Part shown: positions 19,963-30,630 of the stretch, in pieces
How positions within the stretch are numbered: position 1 is the first letter of the stretch
Layout: the number at the start of each line of letters is the position of its first letter
NCBI GenBank assembly: GCA_964387845.1
Contig: CAYLXA010000006.1
Span: forward strand, 135,040 to 199,039
Length of the DNA stretch: 64,000 nt
Direction: 5' to 3'
From: an uncultured bacterium
GTDB taxonomy: Bacteria; Omnitrophota; Omnitrophia; Omnitrophales; Abzuiibacteriaceae
The notes under the pieces: model-generated
What the model saw: only the letters and a program-made list of their open reading frames with translations
Database searches by the model: none
Told to the model about the DNA's origin: nothing
Program-made: the position numbers and the translations under genes

Positions 19963-19965
19963 TTT

Positions 19966-21309
19966 ATGCATTATTTTCCGCTCACGAATGAAGAACGCCA
20001 GGAAATGCTCGACACGATCGGTGTCGAGAATTTTGGCCAGATTTTAACGCCGATCCCTGCCAAACTTAAAAATCCCGCGCTGGATATTCCGCCGCATTTG
20101 AGTGAAATCGAAATTAACCGTTTGCTCGGTGATTTGGCGGCGAAGAACCTGCACTGCAAAAATCGTTCATCATTCTTAGGTGCGGGTGCCTATGATCATT
20201 TTTCACCTTCGATTGTTAACGAGATCATTTCCAGAAACGAATTCTACACGGCTTACACGCCGTATCAGGCAGAGGCATCGCAGGGGACTTTGCAGGCGAT
20301 CTTTGAATACCAGAGTTTAATTTGCGAGCTGACCGGCATGGATGTGTCCAATGGCTCGCATTATGACGGCGCCACAGCGCTTGCGGAAGCCGCGCTCCTC
20401 AGTTTAACTAAAACACAGCGCGCCAAAATTTTAATCGCGCGATCGGTTCATCCGGATTATCGGAGAGTCGTGCAAACCTATGTCGAAAGACCGGGACATC
20501 AAATCGAGGAAATTCCGTTTCTGGCGGACGGTAATCTCGATAAGGAATTCTTGAAGAAGAAACTAACGAATGAAGTTGCGTCCGTGATTATCGCAAGCCC
20601 GAACTTTCTGGGATTGGTCGAAGATTTGGAAGGGCTTTCGGATCAAATTCATCAAAACGGGTCACTTTTTATTTTGGTTTCGAATCCGTTGTCGCACGGT
20701 TTTTATAAAACACCGGCGGAACTCGGCGCTGACATCAGCTGCGGTGAAGGGCAGCCGCTTGGGATTCCGATGAGTTACGGAGGTCCCTGGCTCGGGTTTT
20801 TTGCTACAAAGCGCGAGTTGGTCCGTCAAATTCCGGGTCGTCTTGTGGGTCTTACAAAAGATTCGGATGGAAAACGCGCATTTTGCCTCACCCTTCAGGC
20901 CCGCGAGCAACACATCCGCCGTGAAAAAGCCGCTTCCAATATTTGTACCAACCAAGCGCTTTGCGCGCTTGCGGCTTGCGTTTATATGGCTGCAATGGGC
21001 AAAGCCGGTATCCGACAGGTCGCGGAGCTCAATATTGAAAATGCGGTGTATTTACGCCGGGAAATCGCGAAATTAAGGGGGTTTAAAATTCTGACCGCCG
21101 GCCCCATTTTCAATGAGTTCAGCGTGATTTGCCCCAAGCCCGTTTCGGATATTAATCGCGAGCTTTTAAATCAAGGCATTATCGGCGGCTACAATGCTTC
21201 TAAGAAATACGATGAACTCGAAAACACGATGGTTATTTGTGCGACAGAAACTAAAACCAAAGAAGAGCTGGACCGGTTTGTGAAAGTGCTCGGGCAGGTT
21301 GCGTCATGA
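19966..21309 (+). CDS. gcvPA: glycine dehydrogenase (decarboxylating) subunit 1
   Basis: P-protein N-terminal half ('FLGAGAYDHF', 'YTPYQAEASQG'). Confidence 0.9.
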   Translation: MHYFPLTNEERQEMLDTIGVENFGQILTPIPAKLKNPALDIPPHLSEIEINRLLGDLAAKNLHCKNRSSFLGAGAYDHFSPSIVNEIISRNEFYTAYTPYQAEASQGTLQAIFEYQSLICELTGMDVSNGSHYDGATALAEAALLSLTKTQRAKILIARSVHPDYRRVVQTYVERPGHQIEEIPFLADGNLDKEFLKKKLTNEVASVIIASPNFLGLVEDLEGLSDQIHQNGSLFILVSNPLSHGFYKTPAELGADISCGEGQPLGIPMSYGGPWLGFFATKRELVRQIPGRLVGLTKDSDGKRAFCLTLQAREQHIRREKAASNICTNQALCALAACVYMAAMGKAGIRQVAELNIENAVYLRREIAKLRGFKILTAGPIFNEFSVICPKPVSDINRELLNQGIIGGYNASKKYDELENTMVICATETKTKEELDRFVKVLGQVAS

Positions 21310-22829
21310 TGAAAACCAATGCTTCGATTGGGCTTCAATCAACGGATGACCGTTTGATTTTCGAAAAAAGCAAATCCGGAAAGCTCGGCGCATCGCTTCC
21401 GGCCCGCAAATTCACTTCCATCGATCTTACCAAAGAAGTGCCGGCAAAATATCAACGTGCTCAAGCTGCGAAGATGCCCGAAGTCAGCGAGCCTGAAATC
21501 GTGCGCCACTACGTGAATTTATCGAAGAAGAATTTCAGTATCGACACGCATTTTTATCCGCTCGGTAGCTGCACGATGAAATATAACCCCAAAATTAACG
21601 AAAAAGTTGCCCGTTGGGACGGTTTCGCGGCCGTGCATCCGTATCAGCCGGAGCACGAAGTCCAAGGATTCTTGCAGATTTTTCACGAGCTTTCAAAATA
21701 TCTCTGTGAAGTTGTGGGAATGGACGCGTTTACTTTGCAGCCCGCCGCCGGCGCGCAAGGTGAAATGTGCGGCCTGATGCTTGTGCGCGCGTATCATCAA
21801 TCACTCGGCAATCATAAAAAAACAAAAGTCATTGTGCCGGATTCCAGCCATGGCACGAATCCCGCGACCGCAGCGCTGGCGGGTTTCACAGTGGTTCAAA
21901 CGCCGTCTAATTCGCGCGGCAGAACCGATTTAAAAGCCTTAAAAGAGCTTGTGAATGAGGAAACAGCGTGTTTGATGCTCACAAACCCTAACACGCTCGG
22001 CCTTTTTGAGGATGAAATCCTGGAAATCGGTGAGATTGTCCACAAACACGGTGCGCTTCTTTATTATGACGGTGCTAATCTCAATCCTTTGCTCGGCATC
22101 GCCCGGCCCGGCGACATGGGTTTTGATATTGTTCATATCAATTTACATAAAACATTCTCAACACCGCATGGCGGCGGCGGCCCCGGCGCAGGCCCGGTCG
22201 GTGTTAAAAAGAAGCTCGCCGAATTTTTACCGAGCCCGGTTTTATCGAAAGGCAGTGAAGGCTTTTTTTGGGATTACAACCGTCCAAAATCGATCGGCAA
22301 GCTGAAATCTTTCTATGGAAATGTCGGCATGCTGCTGCGTGCCTATGTCTATATCCGGACGCTCGGATTAGAAGGTTTGAAGCAGGTGAGCAAAGATGCG
22401 ATTTTAAATGCCAATTATTTACGCAAGAAACTCGAAGGGGTTTTACAAATTCCTTTTCCGGAATTCTGCATGCATGAGTTTGTTGCAACGGTCCGGAATT
22501 ACAAATCAAAGAACCTCCATGCCAGCGACGTTGGCAAAAGACTGCTCGATTACGGCATTCATGCGCCGACCGTTCATTTTCCGCTTGTGGTGGAAGATGC
22601 GCTGATGATTGAACCGACGGAAACTGAATCAAAAGAGGCGCTTGATAAGCTGGTGGAAGCGTTGAAAGCGATTGTCAAAGAAATCGAGCAGGATCCGCAG
22701 ATTGTGTTGACCGCGCCGCACACGATGCCCGTCAAACGCCCGGATGAAGTGCAGGCGGCGAGAAAGCCGATTTTAAGTTGGCGCGATTTTCAAGGCGAGC
22801 AAGCAGCCAATACGCCTAAAGCGGCGTAA
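21306..22829 (+). CDS. gcvPB: glycine dehydrogenase (decarboxylating) subunit 2
   Basis: PLP-lysine region 'HINLHKTFSTPHGGGGPG'. It overlaps gcvPA (ATGA). Confidence 0.9.
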   Translation: MMKTNASIGLQSTDDRLIFEKSKSGKLGASLPARKFTSIDLTKEVPAKYQRAQAAKMPEVSEPEIVRHYVNLSKKNFSIDTHFYPLGSCTMKYNPKINEKVARWDGFAAVHPYQPEHEVQGFLQIFHELSKYLCEVVGMDAFTLQPAAGAQGEMCGLMLVRAYHQSLGNHKKTKVIVPDSSHGTNPATAALAGFTVVQTPSNSRGRTDLKALKELVNEETACLMLTNPNTLGLFEDEILEIGEIVHKHGALLYYDGANLNPLLGIARPGDMGFDIVHINLHKTFSTPHGGGGPGAGPVGVKKKLAEFLPSPVLSKGSEGFFWDYNRPKSIGKLKSFYGNVGMLLRAYVYIRTLGLEGLKQVSKDAILNANYLRKKLEGVLQIPFPEFCMHEFVATVRNYKSKNLHASDVGKRLLDYGIHAPTVHFPLVVEDALMIEPTETESKEALDKLVEALKAIVKEIEQDPQIVLTAPHTMPVKRPDEVQAARKPILSWRDFQGEQAANTPKAA

Positions 22830-22839
22830 GAATCTTTCA

Positions 22840-23592
22840 ATGATGACTCTACGCGTAATTTCAAGCCCAAGCCTTGATTGTTTCTCTCAAATGGCAATCG
22901 ACGAGGCGCTTTTTTTGATTGCCCAAGATTCCGAGTCAGCCCAACCGATCATTCGTTTCTATCAGTTTTCAAATCCATGCTGCACAATCGGATTCTCGCA
23001 AAGACGCCTGCCGCTTTTAGAATCCATCGAAAACCAAAATCTGCCATGGGTGAGGCGCCCGACGGGCGGCGGCGTGGTTTGGCATACGAACGACATCATT
23101 TTTTCGATGGTCCTTCCGGAATCGATTCATCCGGATTTTCATTGCGCTCCGGAAACTTACCGGCTCATCCACGAAGCCGTTGTTTCGGCCCTCACAGCAT
23201 TTTCAATCAATCCAGAGTATTTTTCAGAAAATGAAAAGCAAAAAACGCCCGATGAGTTGATTTGCTTTGATCATCCGGTGAAGAACGATGTTTTGCTGAA
23301 TGGCGATAAAATTGCGGGCGGTGCCGAGCGCCGGTCAAATCACTACGTGCTGCATCAAGAATCGCTTCAGTTGCACGGAATCGCTGTTCAGGATTTCAAA
23401 ACGCAATTAATCCGGGAATTTGAGATAAAATTCGGATGGATGAGTGAAGCTTCAGAAATCACGGATTCTGAAATCGCGCTGTCTGAAAAGTTAAAACGTT
23501 TCAAATATCAAACATCAGAATGGAATTGGAAAGGGAAAACCGGTTTTCAAAAGGATCATGAGCAAAAGACTTTCGCCGCCGCAGCTGACTAA
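22840..23592 (+). CDS. lipoate--protein ligase / octanoyltransferase family protein (BPL_LplA_LipB domain)
   Basis: 'RRPTGGGVVWH' and 'GDKIAGGAERR' are motifs of the LplA/LipB/LipM catalytic domain. It lies immediately 3' of gcvPB. Confidence 0.65.
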   Translation: MMTLRVISSPSLDCFSQMAIDEALFLIAQDSESAQPIIRFYQFSNPCCTIGFSQRRLPLLESIENQNLPWVRRPTGGGVVWHTNDIIFSMVLPESIHPDFHCAPETYRLIHEAVVSALTAFSINPEYFSENEKQKTPDELICFDHPVKNDVLLNGDKIAGGAERRSNHYVLHQESLQLHGIAVQDFKTQLIREFEIKFGWMSEASEITDSEIALSEKLKRFKYQTSEWNWKGKTGFQKDHEQKTFAAAAD

Positions 23593-23602
23593 CAAGCTTG
23601 AT

Positions 23603-23983
23603 ATGATCGAAAATAACGAAATTATCCAGAAGCTTAAAAAATTAAGCGATTTGTATCCCGAATACAAAATCGAAGGCTACAGTTTTCTCTTAACCGCGCT
23701 CAATTTCACTGTGTCAAAACTCTCGAAGCCTCGGCATGTCTCGGGGCAGGAATTATTAGAAGGAATCCGCTTGTTTGCGCTGGATCAGTTCGGCCCTCTC
23801 GCGAAAACGGTGCTGAATCATTGGGGTATTTATAAAACCATCGATTTCGGCAATATGGTTTTTGCTTTAATCGAAGTTGATTTAATGCGCAAAAATGACG
23901 ATGACTCTATTGAGGACTTCCGGGACGGATTTGAGTTTGAAACCGCATTTCAAGCGAAGTTAAGCTTTAGCGATGATTCATGA
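23603..23983 (+). CDS. hypothetical protein
   Basis: An ORF with ATG at 23603 just after the ligase stop. Its end overlaps the helicase start (ATGA). No recognisable motif. Confidence 0.4.
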   Translation: MIENNEIIQKLKKLSDLYPEYKIEGYSFLLTALNFTVSKLSKPRHVSGQELLEGIRLFALDQFGPLAKTVLNHWGIYKTIDFGNMVFALIEVDLMRKNDDDSIEDFRDGFEFETAFQAKLSFSDDS

Positions 23984-26067
23984 TATCAGCCGATGAGCTT
24001 CTAAAAGACCTAAACGATGTGCAGCGCGACGCGGTCGCGGCAGACCCTTCACAGCCGCTTTTGATTGTAGCGGGCGCCGGAAGCGGCAAGACACGGATTT
24101 TAACCCGCCGAATCGCATATTTCATCGCTAACAACATCCCTTCATTTCATATTCTCGGCATTACATTTACCAACAAGGCCGCCGAAGAAATGCGCAAGCG
24201 TGTCGGCCAAATGGTTCATCATCAGGTCTGGATTTCCACGTTTCATTCAACGTGTTTGCAAATTCTTCGAATGGACGGCGAGAAAATCGGACTCAAAAAA
24301 AGTTTCGCAATTTATGATGATACGGATCAGATTATTTTGATTAAGGAGTGCATGAAAGATTTGGGAATCAGCGACAAGCATATCAATCCCAAAGGTGCAC
24401 GCGAAATGATTCAGCGCGCCAAAGACCAGCTCAGAACGCCGGAAGAAGTTGCGGAAGGTGCGCAGGATTATTTTGAAGAAACGGTCGCTAAGATTTATTC
24501 GCTTTATCAAGAAAAGCTTTCGGGCCTCAATGGCTGCGACTTTGGCGATTTGATTATGAAAACCGTTCAGCTTTTCAACGCCCATCCGGGCGTTCTTGCG
24601 AGCTGGCAGGACCGGTTTCGTTATATTTTAATCGACGAGTATCAAGATACGAATCACGCGCAATATTCATTTGTGAATCAGTTGGCGGATAAATACAAGC
24701 AAATCACAGTAGTAGGCGATCCGGACCAATCGATTTACGCCTGGCGCGGCGCCAACATTGAGAACATTCTCCATTTTGAAGAAGATTATCCGAAGTGCTC
24801 GATATTGAAACTCGAGCAGAACTACAGGTCTACTCAAAACATTTTGGACGCGGCCAATAACTTGATTCAAAAAAACGCCAGCCGAAAGCCCAAAAATTTG
24901 TGGACCGAGAATGATGAAGGCGAAAAGATTTCGCTTTATGAGGCGACGGATGAGTTGGATGAGGCACGTCATATCGTAGACCAAATCCGCGATCACCAAA
25001 GGCAGGGCAAGCGGCTTTCCGATATGGTCATTTTCTACCGGGTTCATGCTCAGTCGCGCGTGATTGAAGACGCTTTGAGAAGACAGAAGTTGATGTACAA
25101 AATCATCGGCGGTATCCGGTTTTATGACCGCCGCGAAATAAAAGATTTAATCGCGTATTTGCGCGTGATCGCGTTTCCGGACGATGCGGTGGGCCTTAAG
25201 CGCATCATGAATGTCCCGAGCCGCGGAATTGGGAAAAAGGCGCTTGCAGAAATTGAGAATTTTCAAATCATCCAGAATATTTCATTATTTCAAACTCTGG
25301 AACGAATTCGCGAAATTGAAGCAATCGGCAACAAAACCGGTCTCCAGATTAAAAAGTTTTGCGGCCTTATCAGTGAAATGCGAGGGAAGAAGCATGAGCT
25401 CTTAATCAGCGAAGTTTTGCAGCGCGTGTTGGATGAAACGGGCTACCTGAAAGAGCTCGAAGAAGAGCGGACGATCGAGTCTAAGCAGCGCCTCGAAAAT
25501 ATCCAGGAGTTCTTCTCAGCAGTTCGGGAATTTGAAGAAACCTGGGAGCCCAATCTTGATCAGTTGCCAAAGCCGGACAAAGAAGTTTCGCGCGAAGGTT
25601 TGCTGGACGCATTTTTAGAAAGTATTGCGCTCCGCTCAGATGCGGACGATGTCGAGACGGAAGTGGAATGGCTGACGCTGATGACGATCCACTGCGCCAA
25701 AGGGCTTGAATTTCCAGTGGTATTTATGGTCGGTATGGAAGAGGAGATTTTCCCGCACGTCAATTCTTTCGGCGAAGATGTGCGCGAACTCGAAGAAGAA
25801 CGCCGGCTTTGTTATGTCGGCATGACACGCGCGAAAGAAAAGCTCTATATGACTTTTGCCAATAGCCGCAGGCTTTACGGTTTTCGCGAGCACAATTTGC
25901 CTTCCAGGTTTCTGAATGAAATTCCGTCCGAACTTTGCGATATGCCGGATCGTTTCAGCGAACGTGTTGAGCTCGATCAGGTTACGGAAGATGATTTGGA
26001 AGGGGATGTCGATTTCGATATCGATTCCGATGATGATAACACCAAACGCCGGATTTTGTTTGGATGA
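23980..26067 (+). CDS. ATP-dependent DNA helicase, UvrD/PcrA family
   Basis: Walker A 'AGAGSGKTRILTRRIA' and helicase motifs 'DEYQDTN', 'VGDPDQSIYAWRGA', 'QNYRST' and 'TIHCAKGLEF'. Confidence 0.88.
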   Translation: MISADELLKDLNDVQRDAVAADPSQPLLIVAGAGSGKTRILTRRIAYFIANNIPSFHILGITFTNKAAEEMRKRVGQMVHHQVWISTFHSTCLQILRMDGEKIGLKKSFAIYDDTDQIILIKECMKDLGISDKHINPKGAREMIQRAKDQLRTPEEVAEGAQDYFEETVAKIYSLYQEKLSGLNGCDFGDLIMKTVQLFNAHPGVLASWQDRFRYILIDEYQDTNHAQYSFVNQLADKYKQITVVGDPDQSIYAWRGANIENILHFEEDYPKCSILKLEQNYRSTQNILDAANNLIQKNASRKPKNLWTENDEGEKISLYEATDELDEARHIVDQIRDHQRQGKRLSDMVIFYRVHAQSRVIEDALRRQKLMYKIIGGIRFYDRREIKDLIAYLRVIAFPDDAVGLKRIMNVPSRGIGKKALAEIENFQIIQNISLFQTLERIREIEAIGNKTGLQIKKFCGLISEMRGKKHELLISEVLQRVLDETGYLKELEEERTIESKQRLENIQEFFSAVREFEETWEPNLDQLPKPDKEVSREGLLDAFLESIALRSDADDVETEVEWLTLMTIHCAKGLEFPVVFMVGMEEEIFPHVNSFGEDVRELEEERRLCYVGMTRAKEKLYMTFANSRRLYGFREHNLPSRFLNEIPSELCDMPDRFSERVELDQVTEDDLEGDVDFDIDSDDDNTKRRILFG

Positions 26068-27167
26068 GCACCACAGATCTTAAGCGCGCGAAGGAATATC
26101 AAAAGACGCGCAATTGGCTGACACTGTGGAATTTGGTGCTGACCATCACACTCCTGTCTTTGATGATTGCCTTGCGGATTCACGAAGCATTTTTCAGTCG
26201 GACCTCCGGTTTTCAAAACATTTATGCACAATTGGTTTTATTTTTTCTGCTTTTCTCGATATATTTCCTAATTTTCCAACTACCGCTCGGCTTTTATTCC
26301 AGCTACGTTTTAGAGCATCAATATCAATTGTCCAACCACACTTTAAAATCCTGGATTTTGGATGAGATTAAAAAGGAAGTCTTGTCGTTTGTGTTTTCAG
26401 CAGCTCTGGTTGCCGGGCTTTTTGCGATTATTTGGAATTCTCCGGAATTTTGGTGGCTGTGGGCTTGGGCAGCCTATTTGGTTGTCAGTATTGTAATGGG
26501 CAAGCTCTTTCCGGTTTTTATTATCCCGCTTTTTTATAAATACAGCCCGCTTCAGGATACTGCGTTAAAAACCCGACTGATTCAGTTATCCGACCGATTT
26601 GGCATTAAAATAGAGAATATTTCGTCGCTTAATTTGAGTAAAAATACCAAAAAAGCGAATGCAGCTTTCACGGGTATGGGTAAGACAAAACGCATTATTT
26701 TAGGAGATACGTTATTGAATCATTTCACGCATGATGAGATTGAAACTGTGGTGGCTCACGAAATCGGCCACTACAAACACTTGGACATCTGGAAACAGCT
26801 CATTTTTGGGGCTATATTTTCATTGGTGACGTTTTGGATCGGATTTCAGTTAATCAGTTTTTGGATGCCGGAATTCGGCCATCAAGGCGCAAGGGATTTG
26901 CTCGGAATGCCGATGTTATTTTTAATCTTTTATTTGTGCGGTCTCGCAATCGGCCCTGCGTCTAATGCGTATTCGCGTCATGCTGAGCGTAGAGCCGATC
27001 AATTTGCGCTGGAAAATACAAGGAATAAACAGGCCTTCATTTCGGCCATGGAAAAACTGAGTGAAACCAATTTGGCGGATCCTGATCCGCATCCGATTAT
27101 CGAATTTTTACTCTATGATCATCCGGCCATTCAAAAACGAATCGATTTTGCAAAACAGTATGCCTAA
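26064..27167 (+). CDS. M48 family (Ste24/HtpX-like) zinc metalloprotease
   Basis: Multi-TM N-terminus, then 'HEIGHYKH' (HExxH) and a downstream E. Size matches the M48 family. Confidence 0.78.
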   Translation: MSTTDLKRAKEYQKTRNWLTLWNLVLTITLLSLMIALRIHEAFFSRTSGFQNIYAQLVLFFLLFSIYFLIFQLPLGFYSSYVLEHQYQLSNHTLKSWILDEIKKEVLSFVFSAALVAGLFAIIWNSPEFWWLWAWAAYLVVSIVMGKLFPVFIIPLFYKYSPLQDTALKTRLIQLSDRFGIKIENISSLNLSKNTKKANAAFTGMGKTKRIILGDTLLNHFTHDEIETVVAHEIGHYKHLDIWKQLIFGAIFSLVTFWIGFQLISFWMPEFGHQGARDLLGMPMLFLIFYLCGLAIGPASNAYSRHAERRADQFALENTRNKQAFISAMEKLSETNLADPDPHPIIEFLLYDHPAIQKRIDFAKQYA

Positions 27168-28572
27168 GCGTTTTGCCGGTATAGCGGGCAAGGCAGTGCC
27201 GTACTTAATTGTTCTGAGCACCGTTCTTTTCCCAGCATCAGGTATCGGTGAAGACCCGGCACCCTCCAAAGCGGTAACCGAATTTTCTATTTTCCAGAAA
27301 GCGAATGAGCATGTCCAGAACAAAGAATATCAAAAAGCCATCCCTCTGCTTGAAGAATTGCTGAAAGCCCACCCCAAAGACAATACCATTAAATCGTTTC
27401 TTGCCCGTGTTTACATTGCAAACGGCAATCAACTTCAAAGCGAAGGAAAATTAGATCAATCGCTCGACATGATCGTGAAATCAAAAAAAATAATTGAAGA
27501 AGTGAGCGCCGACAAAGCCGCCAAAGCGATACGCGGCGAAGGCCAGAGCGACGAAGAAAGGGCGTTGTCGAATTTGCGGCAGTATTTTGTTGGGGAAAGC
27601 GGTTCGGGCGAAGCAGCTATCACCGATAGCAAGGCGCAGGTTTTGTTGGAGAAAGCAGCGCAAAGCTACAAAGAGAAGCAATACAAATTAGCGAAAGATT
27701 TAATCAAGCAGGCCCTTCAACTCCAGCCCAAAAATGCCCTGGCTTACGAATTGCTGGGTGATTGCGAATATTTTTCTCATAACATGACGGCAGCCAAAGG
27801 CGCATACGAACAATCTTTTTTAAACGATGCTAACGGTCGCGTTAAAGGCAAGCTTGAAAAAATTGAAAAAGAACTTCAACTTGAGTCGCAATTTGCAGAG
27901 TACGCGGATGAGCATTTTCTGATCCGCTACAAACGCTCCGAACGGTTTGAGGGCTCCGAGATCCGTGAATATTTGCGGGATGCTTATCGCGAAGTTTCTC
28001 GCGATTTCGGGCATTATTTGGATTATAAAACAGTGGTGATTTTGTACAGCAAAGGTGAGTATGAAACAATCGCGAACATGCCGCACTGGTCCGGCGCACT
28101 TTATGACGGCAAAATCCGAATTCCCATCCATGATCCGAAAGTTGATTCGCGAAACCTCAGGAAATATATCCAGCACGAACTGACGCATGTTTTCATCATT
28201 GATTTAAGCGACAATCAATGTCCGACATGGCTGCATGAAGGAGTTGCGCAGTATGAAGAAAATAAAATTATTCCGATTGATATGTCTCTGCTGAAAAAAG
28301 CGGCCAAAAATGACAGTTTGCTGCCCTGGGAAGATCTGAATCAGGGCATTACGCAGGCAAAAGATCAGGCTAGCGCCATTTTGTTTTATCATCAGTCATT
28401 CAGCATGGCTAAGTACATGATCGAAAAGTACAGGTTTGTGAAAGTCAAAGCGCTATTGAAGGAAATGGCTCAAGAAACGCCGATTGATGAAGCATTTAAG
28501 AAATCCTTAGGAGTAGACCGGGACGGTTTTTATGCCCGCTGGAAGAAGGCCGCCATGGCCGAACTCGTTTAA
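27160..28572 (+). CDS. secreted TPR-repeat protein with C-terminal peptidase-MA-like (HExxH...E) domain
   Basis: Signal peptide, TPR-like helices, then 'HELTHVFI...LHEGVAQYEE' in gluzincin arrangement. ATG 27160 overlaps the M48 stop. Confidence 0.5.
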   Translation: MPKRFAGIAGKAVPYLIVLSTVLFPASGIGEDPAPSKAVTEFSIFQKANEHVQNKEYQKAIPLLEELLKAHPKDNTIKSFLARVYIANGNQLQSEGKLDQSLDMIVKSKKIIEEVSADKAAKAIRGEGQSDEERALSNLRQYFVGESGSGEAAITDSKAQVLLEKAAQSYKEKQYKLAKDLIKQALQLQPKNALAYELLGDCEYFSHNMTAAKGAYEQSFLNDANGRVKGKLEKIEKELQLESQFAEYADEHFLIRYKRSERFEGSEIREYLRDAYREVSRDFGHYLDYKTVVILYSKGEYETIANMPHWSGALYDGKIRIPIHDPKVDSRNLRKYIQHELTHVFIIDLSDNQCPTWLHEGVAQYEENKIIPIDMSLLKKAAKNDSLLPWEDLNQGITQAKDQASAILFYHQSFSMAKYMIEKYRFVKVKALLKEMAQETPIDEAFKKSLGVDRDGFYARWKKAAMAELV

Positions 28573-28609
28573 TCGGGCGCCGCGCCAGATAAAATAGCTT
28601 ATCCGCGAA

Positions 28610-28638
28610 TTGACTTCGCACGTTCCTTTCTGTAAAAT
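28610..28638 (+). promoter_or_regulatory. putative sigma70-type promoter (TTGACT-17 nt-TAAAAT) upstream of the BatD-like gene
   Basis: TTGACT at 28610-28615, a 17-nt spacer, TAAAAT at 28633-28638, in the 123-bp gap ahead of the GTG start at 28696. Confidence 0.35.
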
Positions 28639-28695
28639 TAGCTACTCTCGTTTCGGCAATTCAAATCTTTGTAAGTTAAGGTATTTGGAGTACTT

Positions 28696-30630
28696 GTGAA
28701 AAAATTCAGCGTCGTCGCGCTAATCGCTTTCTTTGTTCTCTTGGCGGGAATCAATCCGGCACTTTTAAATGCTGATCAGGTTACGGTGGCAGCCACTGTC
28801 GATAAGAAGACGGTTTCTCAAGATGAAGAGGTTAGTCTCAATATCAAAATCTCCGGTGTTAGCGGCAATATTCCGGCACCACGTTTACCGAGTTTTCAAG
28901 CGTTTGATTCGTTTTATTCAGGCCGGGCTTCTCATTTTACGTTCATCAATGGCAAAAGCGAATCATTGGTGTCTTTTAATTATGTCTTAGTCCCTAAATC
29001 AACCGGCGCTTTTCAAATTCAGCCAATTGAAGTTGTTGTGGACGGGAAGATATACAAAACAGAGCCGATTCAAATCGAAGTTCTAACTCATTCAGCCGCG
29101 CCGCCAATGCAGGCTCCGCCGGTAGCGCCAATTGCTAATCCTTCGCCCGCTCAGCATCAGCAGCCCGTTTCTTACTCTGCATCGCCTGCAACGCCTGCTT
29201 ATCCGTCTGCCCCCGCCGTTTCTTCGGGCGGTGATGAAAATATATTTTTGCGTGTTGTACCGAGCAAATATGAGGTTTATACCAATGAGCAATTGCTTTT
29301 AGTTTATTCGCTGTTGACCCGGTACGATACTCGGTATGAGGGTTTTGAAGAGGAGCCGGAGACGAGCGGTTTCTGGATCGAAGATTTTCCGATGGACAAA
29401 GACATTGGTAAACAGACCGAAACGGTAAACGGACGTAAATATGTCCGGGCCGACATCAAGAAGTCAGCGCTTTTTCCGACAGCACCCGGCGAATATGTGA
29501 TTAAACCCGGCACGATCAAAGCCAGTGTTCAAATTCAGCAGCGGTCAAACAGTTTTCTGGACGAATTTTTCAACGACAGTTTCTTCAGCGGTTCCGGCGT
29601 GTTTGCCCGCCGGGTGGATAAATTATTGACCGTACCGCCGATCAAAATCACAGTAAAACCGATCCCGGAGGCCGGCAAGCCCAAAAGTTTTAACGGTGCG
29701 GTTGGTGATTTTCGAATCGCTTCATCAGTCGATAAGCGGGTCATCAATCAAAACGAGCCCGTAACACTCCGGCTCGTGATCGAAGGGCAGGGTAACATTG
29801 AAACGCTTGCACGTCCGCCGATTCCGGAAATGCAGGATGTTAAAATCTATGATTCCGACACCAAGAGCGAGTTTTTTAAAGCGCAGGATTTAATTGCCGG
29901 CAAAAAAACGTTCGAAATTATTTTCATCCCGCGCTTGGCCGGTTCTTTGGCAATTCCGGCGGTCGAGTTTAGTTTTTTCAATCCGCGCACGGGCGGCTAT
30001 CAAACTTTAACGACCGAGCGTTATGAAATCACGGTCAATCAATCGTTTGCTCCGGTTCCCGAAACGCCCAGAGAATTGCTGGATGTCACTGAAAAAAATA
30101 AACAAGAGATCAAAACCGAGGGCCGCGAGATTCGCTATATCCACGAGCGGCTCGCACCATCCCGGACTTGGCTGAACTCGTATTTAACCGCAGTCGGCGG
30201 CTTAGGCGGTCTTTTCACATTAGCGGGCCTGATTTTAATCGGGATGCGGCGCAATGAAGCATTTTTGGATTCCAACACCGGGCTTAAGCGCAGCCGGTAT
30301 GCGCTTCGGAATGCGGCGCAGCAATTAAAAAAGCTCAAAAATTTGATGTCGAAACAAGGCGGTAAAAGCCAGCAGCGTTTTTTTGACGATGCCGAGCGGT
30401 TGATGAATCAGTATTTAGCTGACAAACTGAATTTGTCGCCGCAGGCACTTACGCAAAACCTGATAGCCGAAAAATTAAGCGAGCGTGGCATTTCGGAAGA
30501 AATTATTCAAAAGATCCGCCGCTTCTATGATGATTGCGGCATGATCCGCTTTGCGCCGCCAGGCAGTTTTTCGGCAAGGTCGCATGAAATTCTAGGGGCA
30601 ATCGAATCCATTTTGAGAGAAAAGATATGA
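28696..30630 (+). CDS. BatD-like protein (aerotolerance operon family)
   Basis: Signal peptide, a long beta-rich ectodomain with a Pro/Ala-rich linker, a single C-terminal TM and a cytoplasmic tail. It is immediately followed by a BatE-like TPR-TM-SH3b protein. Confidence 0.5.
   Translation: MKKFSVVALIAFFVLLAGINPALLNADQVTVAATVDKKTVSQDEEVSLNIKISGVSGNIPAPRLPSFQAFDSFYSGRASHFTFINGKSESLVSFNYVLVPKSTGAFQIQPIEVVVDGKIYKTEPIQIEVLTHSAAPPMQAPPVAPIANPSPAQHQQPVSYSASPATPAYPSAPAVSSGGDENIFLRVVPSKYEVYTNEQLLLVYSLLTRYDTRYEGFEEEPETSGFWIEDFPMDKDIGKQTETVNGRKYVRADIKKSALFPTAPGEYVIKPGTIKASVQIQQRSNSFLDEFFNDSFFSGSGVFARRVDKLLTVPPIKITVKPIPEAGKPKSFNGAVGDFRIASSVDKRVINQNEPVTLRLVIEGQGNIETLARPPIPEMQDVKIYDSDTKSEFFKAQDLIAGKKTFEIIFIPRLAGSLAIPAVEFSFFNPRTGGYQTLTTERYEITVNQSFAPVPETPRELLDVTEKNKQEIKTEGREIRYIHERLAPSRTWLNSYLTAVGGLGGLFTLAGLILIGMRRNEAFLDSNTGLKRSRYALRNAAQQLKKLKNLMSKQGGKSQQRFFDDAERLMNQYLADKLNLSPQALTQNLIAEKLSERGISEEIIQKIRRFYDDCGMIRFAPPGSFSARSHEILGAIESILREKI

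Noticed and set aside
22204-22632. 142-aa minus-strand ORF and several small + ORFs inside gcvPB
   Set aside because: They are embedded in the gcvPB frame, which carries the PLP-lysine region. They have no independent support.
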